A DNA stretch of 55,265 bases from Acidobacteriota bacterium (lineage in GTDB: Bacteria; Acidobacteriota; Thermoanaerobaculia; Gp7-AA8), in the NCBI GenBank assembly GCA_025463165.1, contig JAOBAU010000027.1, positions 1-55,265 on the forward strand, in the 5' to 3' direction. The notes beneath the pieces are model-generated. The model searched no databases. It saw only the letters and a list, made by a program, of their open reading frames with translations, and had not been told where the DNA came from. This document shows, one piece after another, positions 55,248 to 55,265 of the stretch. The position numbers and the translations under genes are program-made. The stretch's first letter is position 1. Every line of letters begins with the position of its first letter.

Positions 55248-55265
55248 CGCCGGCGCAATTCGGGA

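Noticed and set aside
1-55265. I searched by eye for CRISPR arrays, IS/transposase genes, reverse transcriptases, rRNA/tRNA genes and long direct repeats.
   Set aside because: None found. The only notable repeats are the 95-bp palindrome (18045-18139), the 13-bp tandem duplication (36907-36932) and the protein-level paralog pairs described above.

Overview
High-GC bacterial chromosomal window with about 60 genes. The gene content (DUF1800/DUF1501 pair, HTTM proteins, CxxCH-containing exported enzymes, many Tat and lipoprotein signals) suggests a soil Acidobacteria/Gemmatimonadota/Planctomycetota-type organism, but that is inference only. I saw no rRNA, tRNA, CRISPR array, transposase or phage genes. 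Layout by region: (1) 0.1-5.5 kb holds a paoABCD-like periplasmic Mo/FAD/FeS oxidoreductase operon plus MocA; its large subunit carries a frameshift. (2) 5.3-14 kb holds a lipoprotein, a DAACS symporter, an ABC-2 exporter, YaeQ, two M28 peptidases and XerC/D. (3) 14-27.6 kb holds GNAT, Slt, VWA, Mfd, a sulfatase-like enzyme, two PpiC/SurA PPIases, CobB and RadC. (4) 27.7-34.5 kb holds IlvE, SDR, rhomboid, SGNH, a methyltransferase and the rpsF-rpsR-DUF2232-rplI operon. (5) 34.6-38.7 kb is a decayed-looking patch: an HExxH mini-protein with a membrane protein, an orphan DUF5989 micro-ORF, a formyltransferase, and a carbamoyltransferase gene scrambled by an inverted and relocated internal block plus four frame-breaking lesions. 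(6) 38.8-43.7 kb holds a DUF1800-DUF1501-membrane-HTTM operon. (7) 43.6-50.7 kb is the stand-out. It is a tightly coupled minus-strand operon encoding an HFCD flavoprotein (Cys decarboxylase family), a PHM/DBH-like copper monooxygenase, a PqqD-like RRE, a 51-aa ORF ending in ...TWWMAGC that the ORF track missed, an HprK-like kinase, two DUF455 di-iron paralogs, a polytopic membrane protein and an S26-type peptidase. This looks like an uncharacterised RiPP or peptide-derived-cofactor pathway, and it is bracketed by two paralogous [TM protein + HTTM] modules. (8) 50.7-55.3 kb holds the second HTTM module, AsnB and a large membrane protein that runs off the window.
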